Source of the DNA: Macrostomum lignano
Taxonomy: Eukaryota
Length of the DNA stretch: 64,000 bases
Direction of reading: 5' to 3'
Assembly: GCA_002269645.1 (NCBI GenBank)
Contig: NIVC01000162.1
Span: 186,001 to 250,000 of the forward strand
The stretch's first letter is position 1. Every line of letters starts with the position of its first letter. Shown here in pieces: positions 38,442-50,293 of this stretch. Below the pieces are notes generated by a model. It did no database searches. It was not told the origin of the DNA and was given only the letters and a program-made list of their open reading frames with translations. Made by a program: the position numbers and the translations under genes.

Positions 38442-40875
38442 TCATGTCAGCCGGCTGCCAGCAGGGGAGGGCAGCCGCCGCCGCAGCTGAGGCGACCGCT
38501 GCAGCATCACCACGCCTGGCTCGGGCTGCTGCTGCTGCTGCTGAGGCTGCAGACACAGCGACCGCTCCCTCCTTCGCTGCAGCTGCGGCACACACAGATT
38601 CGGCTCGTCGGATTCGTCAGAGACGTTGTTGAAGGAGCCGCTGCCACCGGCGGCGCGCCACCAGTCCGGACTGCCGGGCGTCTCCGCCAGCGTCTGACGG
38701 CGGCATCGCCTTCTCCTTCGCGTCTGTCGGTTGCGCCTGCGGAAATGAGGGGCGGGGAGTGAGGTGGGTGCTGGAATGAAGTGTGGGGAGTGAGGTGGGT
38801 GCTGGAATGAAGAGTGGGGAGTGAGGTGGGTGCTGGAATGGGGGTGGGGAGTGAGGTGGGTGCGGGAATGAAGTGTGGGGAGTGAGGTGGGTGCTGGAAT
38901 GAGGGGCGGGGAGTGAGGTGGGTGCGGGAATGAAGTGTGGGGAGTGAGGTGGGTGCTGGAATGAAGTGTGGGGAGTGAAGTGGGTGCTGGAATGAGGGGT
39001 GGGGAGTGAGTTGGGTGCTGCATGGAATGAGGGGTGGGGAGTGAGGTGGGTGCTGGAATGAGGGGTGGGAAGTGAGGTTGGTGCGGGAATGAAGGTCGGG
39101 GAGTGAGTTGGATGCTGCATGGAATGAGGGGCGGGGAGTGAGGTGGGTGCTGGAATGAGGGCGGGGAGTGAGGTGGGTGCTGGAATGAGGGCGGGGAGTG
39201 AGGTGGGTGCTGGAATGAGGGCGGGGAGTGAGGTGGGTGCTGGAATGAGGGGCGGGGAGTGAGGTGGGTGCTGGAATGAGGGCGGGGAGTGAGGTGGGTG
39301 CTGGAATGAGGGCGTGGAGTGAGGTGGGTGCTGGAATGAGAGGCAGGGTGTGAGGAAGGCGCTGGAATGAATGAAATGCAGAAACTCGGGAATATTTGGA
39401 ATCCAACCTGGGGCTCAGCTCCATCGAGTCAGTTTGGCCAGCAACCCCATCTGTTGGCCGACCGCTCCATCGAGGCTGAAACGGCGAACACGAATGGAAT
39501 TTTTTTGAGCAGAAATAAACTCAGCGGTAATCATCAAGTGCGCTTACAGAACGAGCGAGGGGCACTTCGTCGTCGCTCTGGGATCCATTGCACTGGTCGG
39601 AGCCGTCTGCAATGAGGGTCGTGAGCGAGCTGTCCTTGACAGTGGCAATAAATTTATGCACTGGGCTGTCCCGCTCATCATTTTGTTGTTTAAATATCCA
39701 CTCTACATGGGGTCTTTGGGCACGACCAGCAGACAAAAATGGAACAAGCAGTAACGCTCACGCAGGGTGTACAGCGGCTCCTTTGCCCTCCTTTGCCCTC
39801 TTTTGCCCTCCTTTGCCCTCCTTTGCTCTCCTTTGCCCTCTTTTGCCCTCCTTTCCCCTCATTTGTCCTCCTTTGCCCTCCTTTGCCCTCCTTTGCCCTC
39901 CTTTGCCCTCCTTTGCCCTCTTTTGCCCTCCTTTGCCCTCTTTTGCCCTCCTATGCCCTCCTTTGCCCTCCTTTGCCCTCTTTTGCCCTCCTTTGCCCTC
40001 CTTTGCCCTCCTTTGCCCTCTTTTGCCCTCCTTTGCCCTCCTTTGCCCTCCTTTGCCCTCCTTTGCCCTCCTTTGCCCTCCTTTGCCCTCCTTTGCCCTC
40101 CTTTGCCCTCCTTTGCCCTCCTTTGCCTCTCTTGAATGAAAGCCCTCGGTGAGAATCGGGACTCGCATTCCGTTGACCAACCGTTGCACCCGCCAGCCTG
40201 CCTCGCTTCCAGCCGGGTCAGCCGCGCCCTGGCCGCCACCGCGGCGCCATCGGTGCCGGACCGCTGCCGCATGAGCGGCTCGCCGAGTCCAACTTCCGGC
40301 AGTTGGCGCGGCTGTCGGCGAGGGACCGCCGATGCCGCCGCAGCCGACACTCTACCGGCTCGAATTTGTGGCGGCGTCGGCGGCAGCTCCCGACCTGGGG
40401 AGGCGCGCGGCGATGAACGTCGGCGCGGCTGCGGGCCCGGCGGTGGCGGCAGCGGAGTAGTCGGCGTTGGGGATGGCGAGGGCGACATCGATTGGGACGC
40501 CGATGGCGAGGGTGACGGCGAGAGTGAGAGGGAAGGAGACTGCAGCAGCGAAGGCGACAGGCTGGCGCCAGGGCTCGGCGGCGCTGAAATGGCAGGGGCG
40601 ATCAGCAGGGTCAGCGGGGTCAGTGCGGGTGGGTCAGCGTCGGTCAGCGGGAGTCAGCGGGGGTCAACGGGGGTCAGTGGGGGTCAGCGGGGGTGAGCGG
40701 CGGTCAGCGGGAGTCAGCGGAGGTCAACGGGGGTCAGCAGGAGTCAGCGAAGTACAAGAAAGACATGCTACATGTACAATATCTACAAAAACAGTAATAA
40801 CAACACAAAAGAAATTAATAATATCAACAAACAAACTTCAACAACATCATCATCACCAAAACCACCAACAACAAA

Positions 40876-40941
<66 letters not shown>

Positions 40942-41428
40942 ATCAAAGAACGACAATGCCATTAACTAGCAAACATTCGCAGCAAAAAAGAAGGCAGGCA
41001 GACATTTTCATTCTACTCAATCTCAGCAACGCCCAGCAACTCGCAATGCTCAGTCCGCATCGAACCTACCGAGTCTTCCTGCTCGACGGTCAGTGTCCAC
41101 GGAGACGCTCTTCATGCTCTGGTCGAGTCGCCGCCGGTCGCCACCCGATGGGCTCGCAGCGGCGTCCGGAGCTGCATCAGCGGGATAAATATGCTTTTCG
41201 ATACATATCGTTTATTCGGATGAGGTCAACTGAGGTCAAACTCACTTGGCAGAGAGTATTTCCTGTCGGCAGCGTAATATGCCACCGGAACAGTCAGGGT
41301 GTTCATCGGGCTCTGGCGAGTTGCATTGGCTGCTTCCGCTGACTCACTGACGGCGGCCGCCGCAGCGCTGCCCCTGACAGCACTGCTGCACCGCCTGCTG
41401 CCGGATGCTGGCGAATGCTGGTGCTCCA
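38442..41428 (-). CDS. Uncharacterised Ser/Pro/Arg-rich protein, 3' part; candidate exons 41428-41246, 41171-41070, 40583-40182, 39606-39548, 39475-39408, 38736-38442
   Basis: GC-rich islands bounded by AG/GT sites, with phases consistent along the chain and no stops. The 5' exon was not located and the 40182 donor is uncertain. Confidence 0.55.
38745..39350. repeat. About 30-31-bp G-rich minisatellite (GAGGGGCGGGGAGTGAGGTGGGTGCTGGAAT)n
   Basis: Directly visible. Confidence 0.94.
39779..40126. repeat. 10-bp minisatellite (CTTTGCCCTC)n
   Basis: Directly visible. Confidence 0.97.
40610..40745. repeat. 10-bp repeat (GGGTCAGCGG)n
   Basis: Directly visible, diverged. Confidence 0.85.
40855..40940. 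repeat. (CAA)n microsatellite
   Basis: Directly visible. Confidence 0.95.
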
Positions 41429-41456
41429 CTGCGTGTGGGAGCAGGAATTGGCGATT

Positions 41457-41755
<299 letters not shown>

Positions 41756-42257
41756 CTGACTGACTGATTCACAAACTCTGCATCAATACTGGTCGTTGCT
41801 TTTGCGTTTATTCCGATATTTATTTTCATTTGCCAAGCAACTGCCCTGAAATTGCTACTTGAAGTAGAGCAGTGAGCTAGCTACATGAAGCGCATGATTT
41901 ACCTAATTATTTTTCGAAAAAGGTTTTGGCTGAAAAGGGACAACACGTTGCAGTCCTTTCAGCTTTATGAAACATGACAAACAACTGATACACGCGTCAC
42001 GCCCTTTCACTTTCTCTTTGATCCCTCACTGGGTACTCACTCCTTTCAGAACACTTTTTACCCAGAAAAAAGACAAGCAAACACAAAAGAAACGGCTGTG
42101 TAAGGTTAGCAGTTATTGCATAATAAGTGACTCTCAACTTTTAAACTGAAACAGCGATTTGACGGGGAAGACAGCAAAATGGGTGATTGGTGCGAGTTTG
42201 GCGCGTAAACTAAGATTAACAATCACAACTGAAGTTTTGTCATGATTGGCAATAATC

Positions 42258-42600
42258 TGGCTTCTCAAGTGTCACTAAACTGGCATATCAAGTGTCACTA
42301 AACTGGCCTCTCAAGTGTCACTAAACTGGCCTCTCAAGTGTCACTAAACTGGCCTCTCAAGTGTCACTAAACTGGCCTCTCAAGTGTCACTAAACTGGCC
42401 TCTCAAGTGTCACTAAACTGGCCTCTCAAGTGTCACTAAACTGGCCTCTCAAGTGTCACTAAACTGGCCTCTCAAGTGTCACTAAACTGGCCTCTCAAGT
42501 GTCACTAAACTGGCCTCTCAAGTGTCACTAAACTGGCCTCTCAAGTGTCACTAAACTGGCCTCTCAAGTGTCACTAAACTGGCCTCTTAAGTGTCACTAT
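42258..42600. repeat. 23-bp minisatellite (AACTGGCCTCTCAAGTGTCACTA)n, about 15 copies
   Basis: Directly visible. Confidence 0.97.
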
Positions 42601-43064
42601 ACTTTCTACATCAGTAATATAGCAAGCTGCTATATTTTACACAGTAACAAGAAATAAACTTTACATGCACCGTGGCAGGACTTTGAGGCACAATTAATGC
42701 AAAATTTATGTTAATACGCACAAATTTTGGTTTTAATCCTTGTAGAGATCGAGTCTTAAAAATTGAAAGTTAAATTTTCTCAGGCCTTCTTGGCACCGCA
42801 GTCGGAGCCGGAGACTGATGAAGCTACGCGTCCACTTGCGGCCCAGACTCCGCTGCCGCTGCAGCCGCTGCAGTCCCGGACTGAGCCCTGCTGCTGCTGC
42901 TCAGCGCCTGGCGGGATCTGCTGTCCTTGGCACTCATGGCACTTTGTCGCTGCGAATGTTGGCGCTTGCACTTTTATTTAATTATTGAGAATTTGCAGCT
43001 TTCTTTACGCTTCAGGACAACAGTGTGGGATACGGCTGGGTAGCATTGTGGTTAACTGACTAAG

Positions 43065-45185
43065 ATGGATTGCTAATCTGGCTTGTGTGGATGGTTATGG
43101 AATAGAATGGATTGCTAATCTGGCTTGTGTGGATACATAAGGAATAGAGTGGATTGCTAATCTGGCTTGTGTGGATAGATAAGGAATAGAGTGGATTGCT
43201 AATCTGGCTTGTGTGGATACATAAGGAATAGAGTGGATTGCTAATCTGGCTTGTGTGGATAGATAAGGAATAGAGTGGATTGCTAATCTGGCTTGTGTGG
43301 ATACATAAGGAATAGAGTGGATTGCTAATCTGGCTTGTGTGGATAGATAAGGAATAGAGTGGATTGCTAATCTAGCTTGTGTGGATGGTTATGGAATAGA
43401 ATGGATTGCTAATCTGGCTTGTGTGGATGGTTATGGAATAGAATGGATTGCTAATCTGGCTTGTGTGGATAGTTATGGAATAAAATGGATTGCTAATCTG
43501 GCTTGTGTGGATGGTTATGGAATAGAATGGATTGCTAATCTGGCTTGTGTGGATAGTTATGGAATAGAATGGATTGCTAATCTAGCTTGTGTGGATGGTT
43601 ATGGAATAAAATGGATTGCTAATCTAGCTTGTGTGGATGGTTATGGAATAGAATGGATTGCTAATCTAGCTTGTGTGGATGGTCATGGAATAGAATGGAT
43701 TGCTAATCTGGCTTGTGGGGATGGTTATGGAATAGAATGGATTGCTAATCTGGCTTGTGTGGATGGTTATGGAATAGAATGGATTGCTAATCTGGCTTGT
43801 GTGGATGGTTATGGAATAGAATGGATTGCTAATCTAGCTTGTGGGGGTGGTTGTGGAATCGAATGGATTGCTAATCTGGCTTGTGTGGATGGTTATGGAA
43901 TAGAATGGATTGTTAATCTAGCTTGTGTGGATGGTTATTGAATAGAATGGATTGATAATCTGGCTTGTGTGGATAGATAAGGAAAAGAATGGATTGCTAA
44001 TCTGGCTTGTGTGGATAGATAAGGAATAGAGTGGATTGCTAATCTAGCCTACATTGACAAGTAAAGAAATGGAATGGATTGCTAATCTGGCTTGTGTGGA
44101 TGGTTATGGAATAGAATGGATTGCTAATCTGGCTTGTGGGGATGGTTATGGAATAGAATGGATTGCTAATCTGGCTTGTGTGGATAGTTAAGGAATAGAA
44201 TGGATTGCTAATCTGGCTTGTGGGGATGGTTATGGAATAGAATGGATTGCTAATCTGGCTTGTGTGGATGGTTATGGAATAGAATGGATTGCTAATCTGG
44301 CTTGTGTGGATGGTTATGGAATAGAATGGATTGCTAATCTGGCTTGTGGGGATGGTTATGGAATAGAATGGATTGCTAATCTGGCTTGTGTGGATGGTTA
44401 TGGAATAGAATGGATTGCTAATCTGGCTTGTGTGGATGGTTATGGAATAGAATGGATTGCTAATCTGGCTTGTGGGGGTGGTTGTGGAATCGAATGGATT
44501 GCTAATCTGGCTTGTGGGGGTGGTTGTGGAATCGAATGGATTGCTAATCTAGCTTGTGGGGATGGTTATGGAATAGAATGGATTGCTAATCTGGCTTGTG
44601 TGGATGGTTATGGAATAGAATGGATTGCTAATCTAGCTTGTGTGGATGGTTATGGAATAGAATGGATTGCTAATCTGGCTTGTGTGGATAGATAAGAAAT
44701 GGAATGGATTGCTAATCTGGCTTGTGTGGATGGTTATGGAATAGAATGGATTGCTAATCTAGCTTGTGTGGATGGTTATGGAATAGAATGGATTGCTAAT
44801 CTGGCTTGTGTGGATAGATAAGGAATAGAGTGGATTGCTAATCTGGCTTGTGTGGATCGTTATGGAATAGAGTGGATTGCTAATCTGGCTTGTGTGGATA
44901 GATAAGGAATAGAGTGGATTGCTAATCTGGCTTGTGTGGATCGTTAAGGAATAGAGTGGATTGCTAATCTGGCTTGTGTGGATCGTTATGGAATAGAGTG
45001 GATTGCTAATCTGGCTTGTGTGGATAGATAAGGAATAGAGTGGATTGCTAATCTGGCTTGTGTGGATCGTTATGGAATAGAATGGATTGCTAATCTGGCT
45101 TGTGTGGATCGTTATGGAATAGAATGGATTGCTAATCTGGCTTGTGTGGATAGATAAGGAATAGAGTGGATTGCTAATCTAGCCT
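43065..45185. repeat. 42-bp minisatellite (TGGATTGCTAATCTGGCTTGTGTGGATGGTTATGGAATAGAA)n, about 50 copies
   Basis: Directly visible; core shared with the reverse complement of the 29690-30185 array. Confidence 0.97.
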
Positions 45186-45547
45186 ATAAAAATGTTTAAC
45201 AGCCGACAGCAAACAAGCAAGTTTTGCATCGCAGGCGAGCTAATAACAAGCATTGCAACTCTGACAAGGCGCACTGCATTGTTGCATGCAAAAACAGAAG
45301 TCAGTGCGGAGCGGGAAAAGCCAAAGCGCCTGTAGGCCCTGCTTTTTTATTCAAAGAAACAGCTGTCGCCTTCTCTTTTCCTCATTAGCATGCCGGGATC
45401 GCAGAAGCGGATTAATTAGCGGCGCGAGTGTTGCCGTCCCTTTCTTCTGTTTCCGGCAAAGTTTATTAAAACTTTTTGCTTGTTACTTGGTGGCCAGGTG
45501 CGGCTTCTGTTGTCCCTATCTCTGCTTTTGGGCAGAAGAATGCACAC

Positions 45548-46472
<925 letters not shown>

Positions 46473-47224
46473 TAGAAGGCTCCCGGGTGAAAACCTAAAG
46501 TTTCTCTCCGAGAGCCTGAGGCCAGCAGAGCAGGGGCGGCTCAAGCGCTAAAAGTGAGTACGCAGCGCGGCCAGGAAAGTGAGAAAGAGAACTTTTAAGT
46601 GGCCGGCCACTTCACCGAGCGGCTACGCCCTAAAGCCTTGTGTGACTTTTTCGACGTGAGAAAAATTTTCGAAAGTAACTTTGCCGAGGCGGGCGGGCGG
46701 CGCCCCAGCACTCAGTCAGCCCAGTCCATAAATACGAGCGTAGTTTAACTGGGCGATTATTCGTTAAGAAATGTAAATTTCCAGCAAGCTGACAGGGGCG
46801 GGCGTGGCGCAGTTCAGAATGGCAGCAATAGTGCAGTGCAGTAATAAGTCTGCGACTTGACCATCGTTACATCGGCCTTAGCCTTGATATTCTAAAGTTA
46901 ATGGGATCGTTATAAAAGCCAGAAATGCTGGTAGCCTTGGTAAATTGTGCTCCCCTTTTCCCTTGGGACAGACAGCGGCTGAGTTGATTTTTTAGGCAGT
47001 GCAGTTGGGATTCGGGACTGGAGGGAGAGAGGGGAGCAAAGATAAGCAGGAGACTGTGGTCGGGAGAGCTTTGGGAGCCAGCAAATGCCATACGGGAGTT
47101 CGTAGAGACAAGTCAGTCAAAGTCATTCGAAGTCAGGCCTTGGCTTAGCGGTTGGGGAGAGAACCGCTTTTAATCGCGGCGATTTTGAAGCTTGATGGGG
47201 AAGATCTGATTTCAATGGGGACGC

Positions 47225-48010
47225 AGAGGGAGAGGGGATGAGGAAGTGAGGGGTAAGGGGTTGAGGAAATGAGGGGAGACGGTATGAGGAAAGGAGGGGA
47301 GAGGGGTGAGGAAATGAGAGGAGAGGGGATGAAGAAATGAGGGGATGAGGAAGTGAGGAAGTGAGGAGAGGAGGGGATGAGGAAATGATTGGAGAGGGGA
47401 TGATTAAATGAGGGGAGAGGGGATGAGAAATGAGGGAAGAGGGGATGAGAAATGAGGGAAGAGAAGAACAGAAATGAGGGAAGAGGGGTTGAGGGGATGA
47501 GGAAGTTAGAAAGTGAGGGGGAGGGGTGAGGAAATGAGGGGAGAGAGGATGAGGAAATGAGGGGAGAGGGGTTGAGGGGATGAGGAAGTTAGAAAGTGAG
47601 GGGGAGGGGTGAGGAAATGAGGGGAGAGAGGATGAGGAAATGAGGGGAGAGGGGATAGAGGATGAGGAAGTGAGGAAGTGAGGGGGAGGGGTGAGGAAAT
47701 GAGGGGAGAGAGGATGATTAAATGAGGGGAGAGGGGATAGAGGATGAGGAAGTGAGGAAGTGAGGGGGAGGGGTGAGGAAATGAGGGGAGAGAGGATGAT
47801 TAAATGAGGGGAGAGGGGATAGAGGATGAGGAAGTGAGGAAGTGAGGGGGAGGGGTGAGGAAATGAGGGGAGAGAGGATGATTAAATGAGGGGAGAGGGG
47901 ATAGAGGATGAGGAAGTGAGGAAGTGAGGGGGAGGGGTGAGGAAATGAGGGAGAGAGGATGAGGAAATGAGGAAGTGAGGAGAGGAGGAGATAAGGAAGT
48001 GAGGGGATGA
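47225..48010. repeat. Purine-rich composite minisatellite (GAGG/GAAATGAGGGG; about 80-bp higher units)
   Basis: Directly visible. Confidence 0.9.
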
Positions 48011-48413
48011 GGCAAGAGAGTAGAGACACGGAGCTGGCCTCGAGCCTGAACAAATGGCATGCCATAGAACAGCATCGCTGGAGAAGCTTGAAGTTAGAGT
48101 CCATTATAAGCCTCTCAAATTCAAACGCGGTTCACTAAGCAGAGTTAACAAAGCAAAAGCAACGTCAAGCTTGCTGACTCAGATATTCTGTGACAAGTTA
48201 AGCTTCTAAAATGATTTCCAATCTTCATGCTAATTATTAGTTTGCAGTCTGCTAATGACAAATCAAAGGCAAGCATATCGAGAGCACAGTTTCACTGCAG
48301 ATAGTTTGCAAGCGACTAATTTTAACAGACAGGCTTTGAATCAAGCATGCAAACTGTAAGATCGTCAGCGAGGCGTGAGTAGCCGGCATGATTGCAAACT
48401 GGAGAATTCCTAC

Positions 48414-49310
48414 CTGCGGGCGAGAGGCTCTCCGACTGCGGACAGCAGGCTGCGCATTTCTGGGTGCCTCGGTCTGCCGCGTGCTTCAGCAGGCTGTACA
48501 CTGGGTCTATGCCTGCGGGGGGAGATGGGGTGGGAACAGGTGGGAGGGGGTGAGAGAGGAGGTGGGAGAGGGGATGAGAGAGGAGGTGGGAGAGGGGATG
48601 AGAGAGGAGGTGGGAGAGGGGATGAGAGAGGAGGTGGGAGAGGGGATGAGAGAGGAGGTGGGAGAGGGGATGAGAGAGGAGGTGGGAGAGGGGATGAGAG
48701 AGGAGGTGGGAGAGGGGATGAGAGAGGAGGTGGGAGAGGGGATGAGAGAGGAGGTGGGAGAGGGGATGAGAGAGGAGGTGAGAGAGAGGATGAGAGAGGA
48801 GGTGGGAGAGGGGATGAGAGAGGAGGTGGGAGAGGAGGGGAGGGGTGGTGAGTGCCATTCCAAGTGCGGTGCGGGAGCGCTCAGTTCAAAGCAGACGTGC
48901 TGGCACCTGAGCAGAGATGAAGCCGTGCACCAACCTTCAGAATCTTCCATCGAGGAGCGCTTTTTCTTCTTGGTCGCCTGCGGGAAGGTTTCAATAAAGT
49001 TGTATTTGAGTATCACTTTCGCGCAGCCAGGCAGGCATTATCAAATGGTTAATCCGCGGATTTCCCATGGAATTCCCCGCGGCAGAAAGTCCCGCACCTT
49101 ATCTTTGGCCAGCTTGAGACCGCTGAAAGCTCGGCGCCACAGCCGCGTCACGCTGTTGTCTTCTCCGCTGTCGCTCTCCTCGGACAGGCCGCCACCGCCG
49201 CCGCTGCCACCGCCTCCATCGGCGCCGTCTCGACGGAGCCCCAGCAGCTGCTCGACCTGCGGGCGAGTCCCAGAAGACGACGATCCGCGTTGCTGACCAC
49301 CGTCCGCCAT
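48414..49310 (-). CDS. Small uncharacterised protein, 5' exons 49310-49098, 48977-48935, 48512-48414
   Basis: MADGGQQ...KLAKDK|ATKKKKRSSMEDSE|GIDPVYSLLKHAADRGTQKCAACCPQSESLSPA| with canonical, phase-matched splice sites. TATA-like TATAAG about 50 bp upstream. The last exon is uncertain. Confidence 0.6.
48550..48835. repeat. 24-bp minisatellite (GAGAGAGGAGGTGGGAGAGGGGAT)n
   Basis: Directly visible, intronic. Confidence 0.96.
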
Positions 49311-50198
49311 GATTTGGCTTTCAACTGCTGCACACTTCCTGGCGGGGCGCCACCGCTCTTATAAAGCCGGCTCCGACCCAAAACCGAATTATCCGTGCGG
49401 CCCACCCCTCACCCCAAGGCAGGCCCTTCCCATCGCCATTCGCGGCAGTTGGATAATTTATTCCCCAAGCTCCCCCACCGGCTCTCGGGGATTTAAAGGG
49501 CCTGGAGGCGGAGGTCGGGGATTTTAGGTTGGGAGATTTTGTAATCCCATTCGAAGTCCTCCTCTGCTAGCGACAGGCCCTTTTCGGGTGCCAGCTGTGA
49601 AACACGGCAGCGGTCTGTTGGCAGCTGCTGTATTGGTGAATTCGCACAAGCACTGTTACTGCAGTCCCCAGAAAAAGGCCACCGCACGAAAGTCAGCCGT
49701 CAGCACCTCCCGCAGTCCCAGATCCCCCCGCCTTACTACACTTTATCGCTGCTGTCCCTGTGTTGCATTTTCACCTTGGGTTTCAGTTGACTTCATCTTT
49801 CCGCGCAGCGACAACAGAAGACACCCCGGATACTCTTCCGGATCCACCGTGGCCCCGGGGGTTGGGGAAGGCAGCTGACACTGTGTGGGCTGCATGCTAA
49901 CGGAGGCGGACCAAGGGAATTCCAGCACCGCGGAGCCCCAAATAGAGTGCGAATGTGGCAAGTGCTGTCCTCGTCTGTTCTGGAAAATTCGGTTACGAAT
50001 CTGCTTGGTTTAGGACGCGATTATCCCATTCTCACCTGCCAGTTGTCTGCTTGGCAACTGCCGGGCGTGGGATTAAAGCAGTGTGGGAATCTTAAAACTG
50101 AGTATTGAAGCTATCGGTTCCATCACTGTGCTGAGAGCCCCATCTGCCTGTCTCTCATTTTCTCTCCCATTCTGCCTTGACTGTCTGTTACTCACTGA

Positions 50199-50199
<1 letters not shown>

Positions 50200-50290
<91 letters not shown>
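50200..50290. repeat. (TCTG)n microsatellite
   Basis: Directly visible. Confidence 0.98.
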
Positions 50291-50293
50291 TCT

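Noticed and set aside
40467-41342. 291-aa plus-strand poly-Gln ORF
   Set aside because: It is stitched from the GGGTCAGCGG and (CAA)n repeats and lies antisense to better-supported minus-strand exons.
42780-42971. GC-rich island as first exon of the 38442-41428 gene (MSAKDSRSRQ...)
   Set aside because: No donor with the required phase 1 could be identified with confidence, so it was left unassigned.
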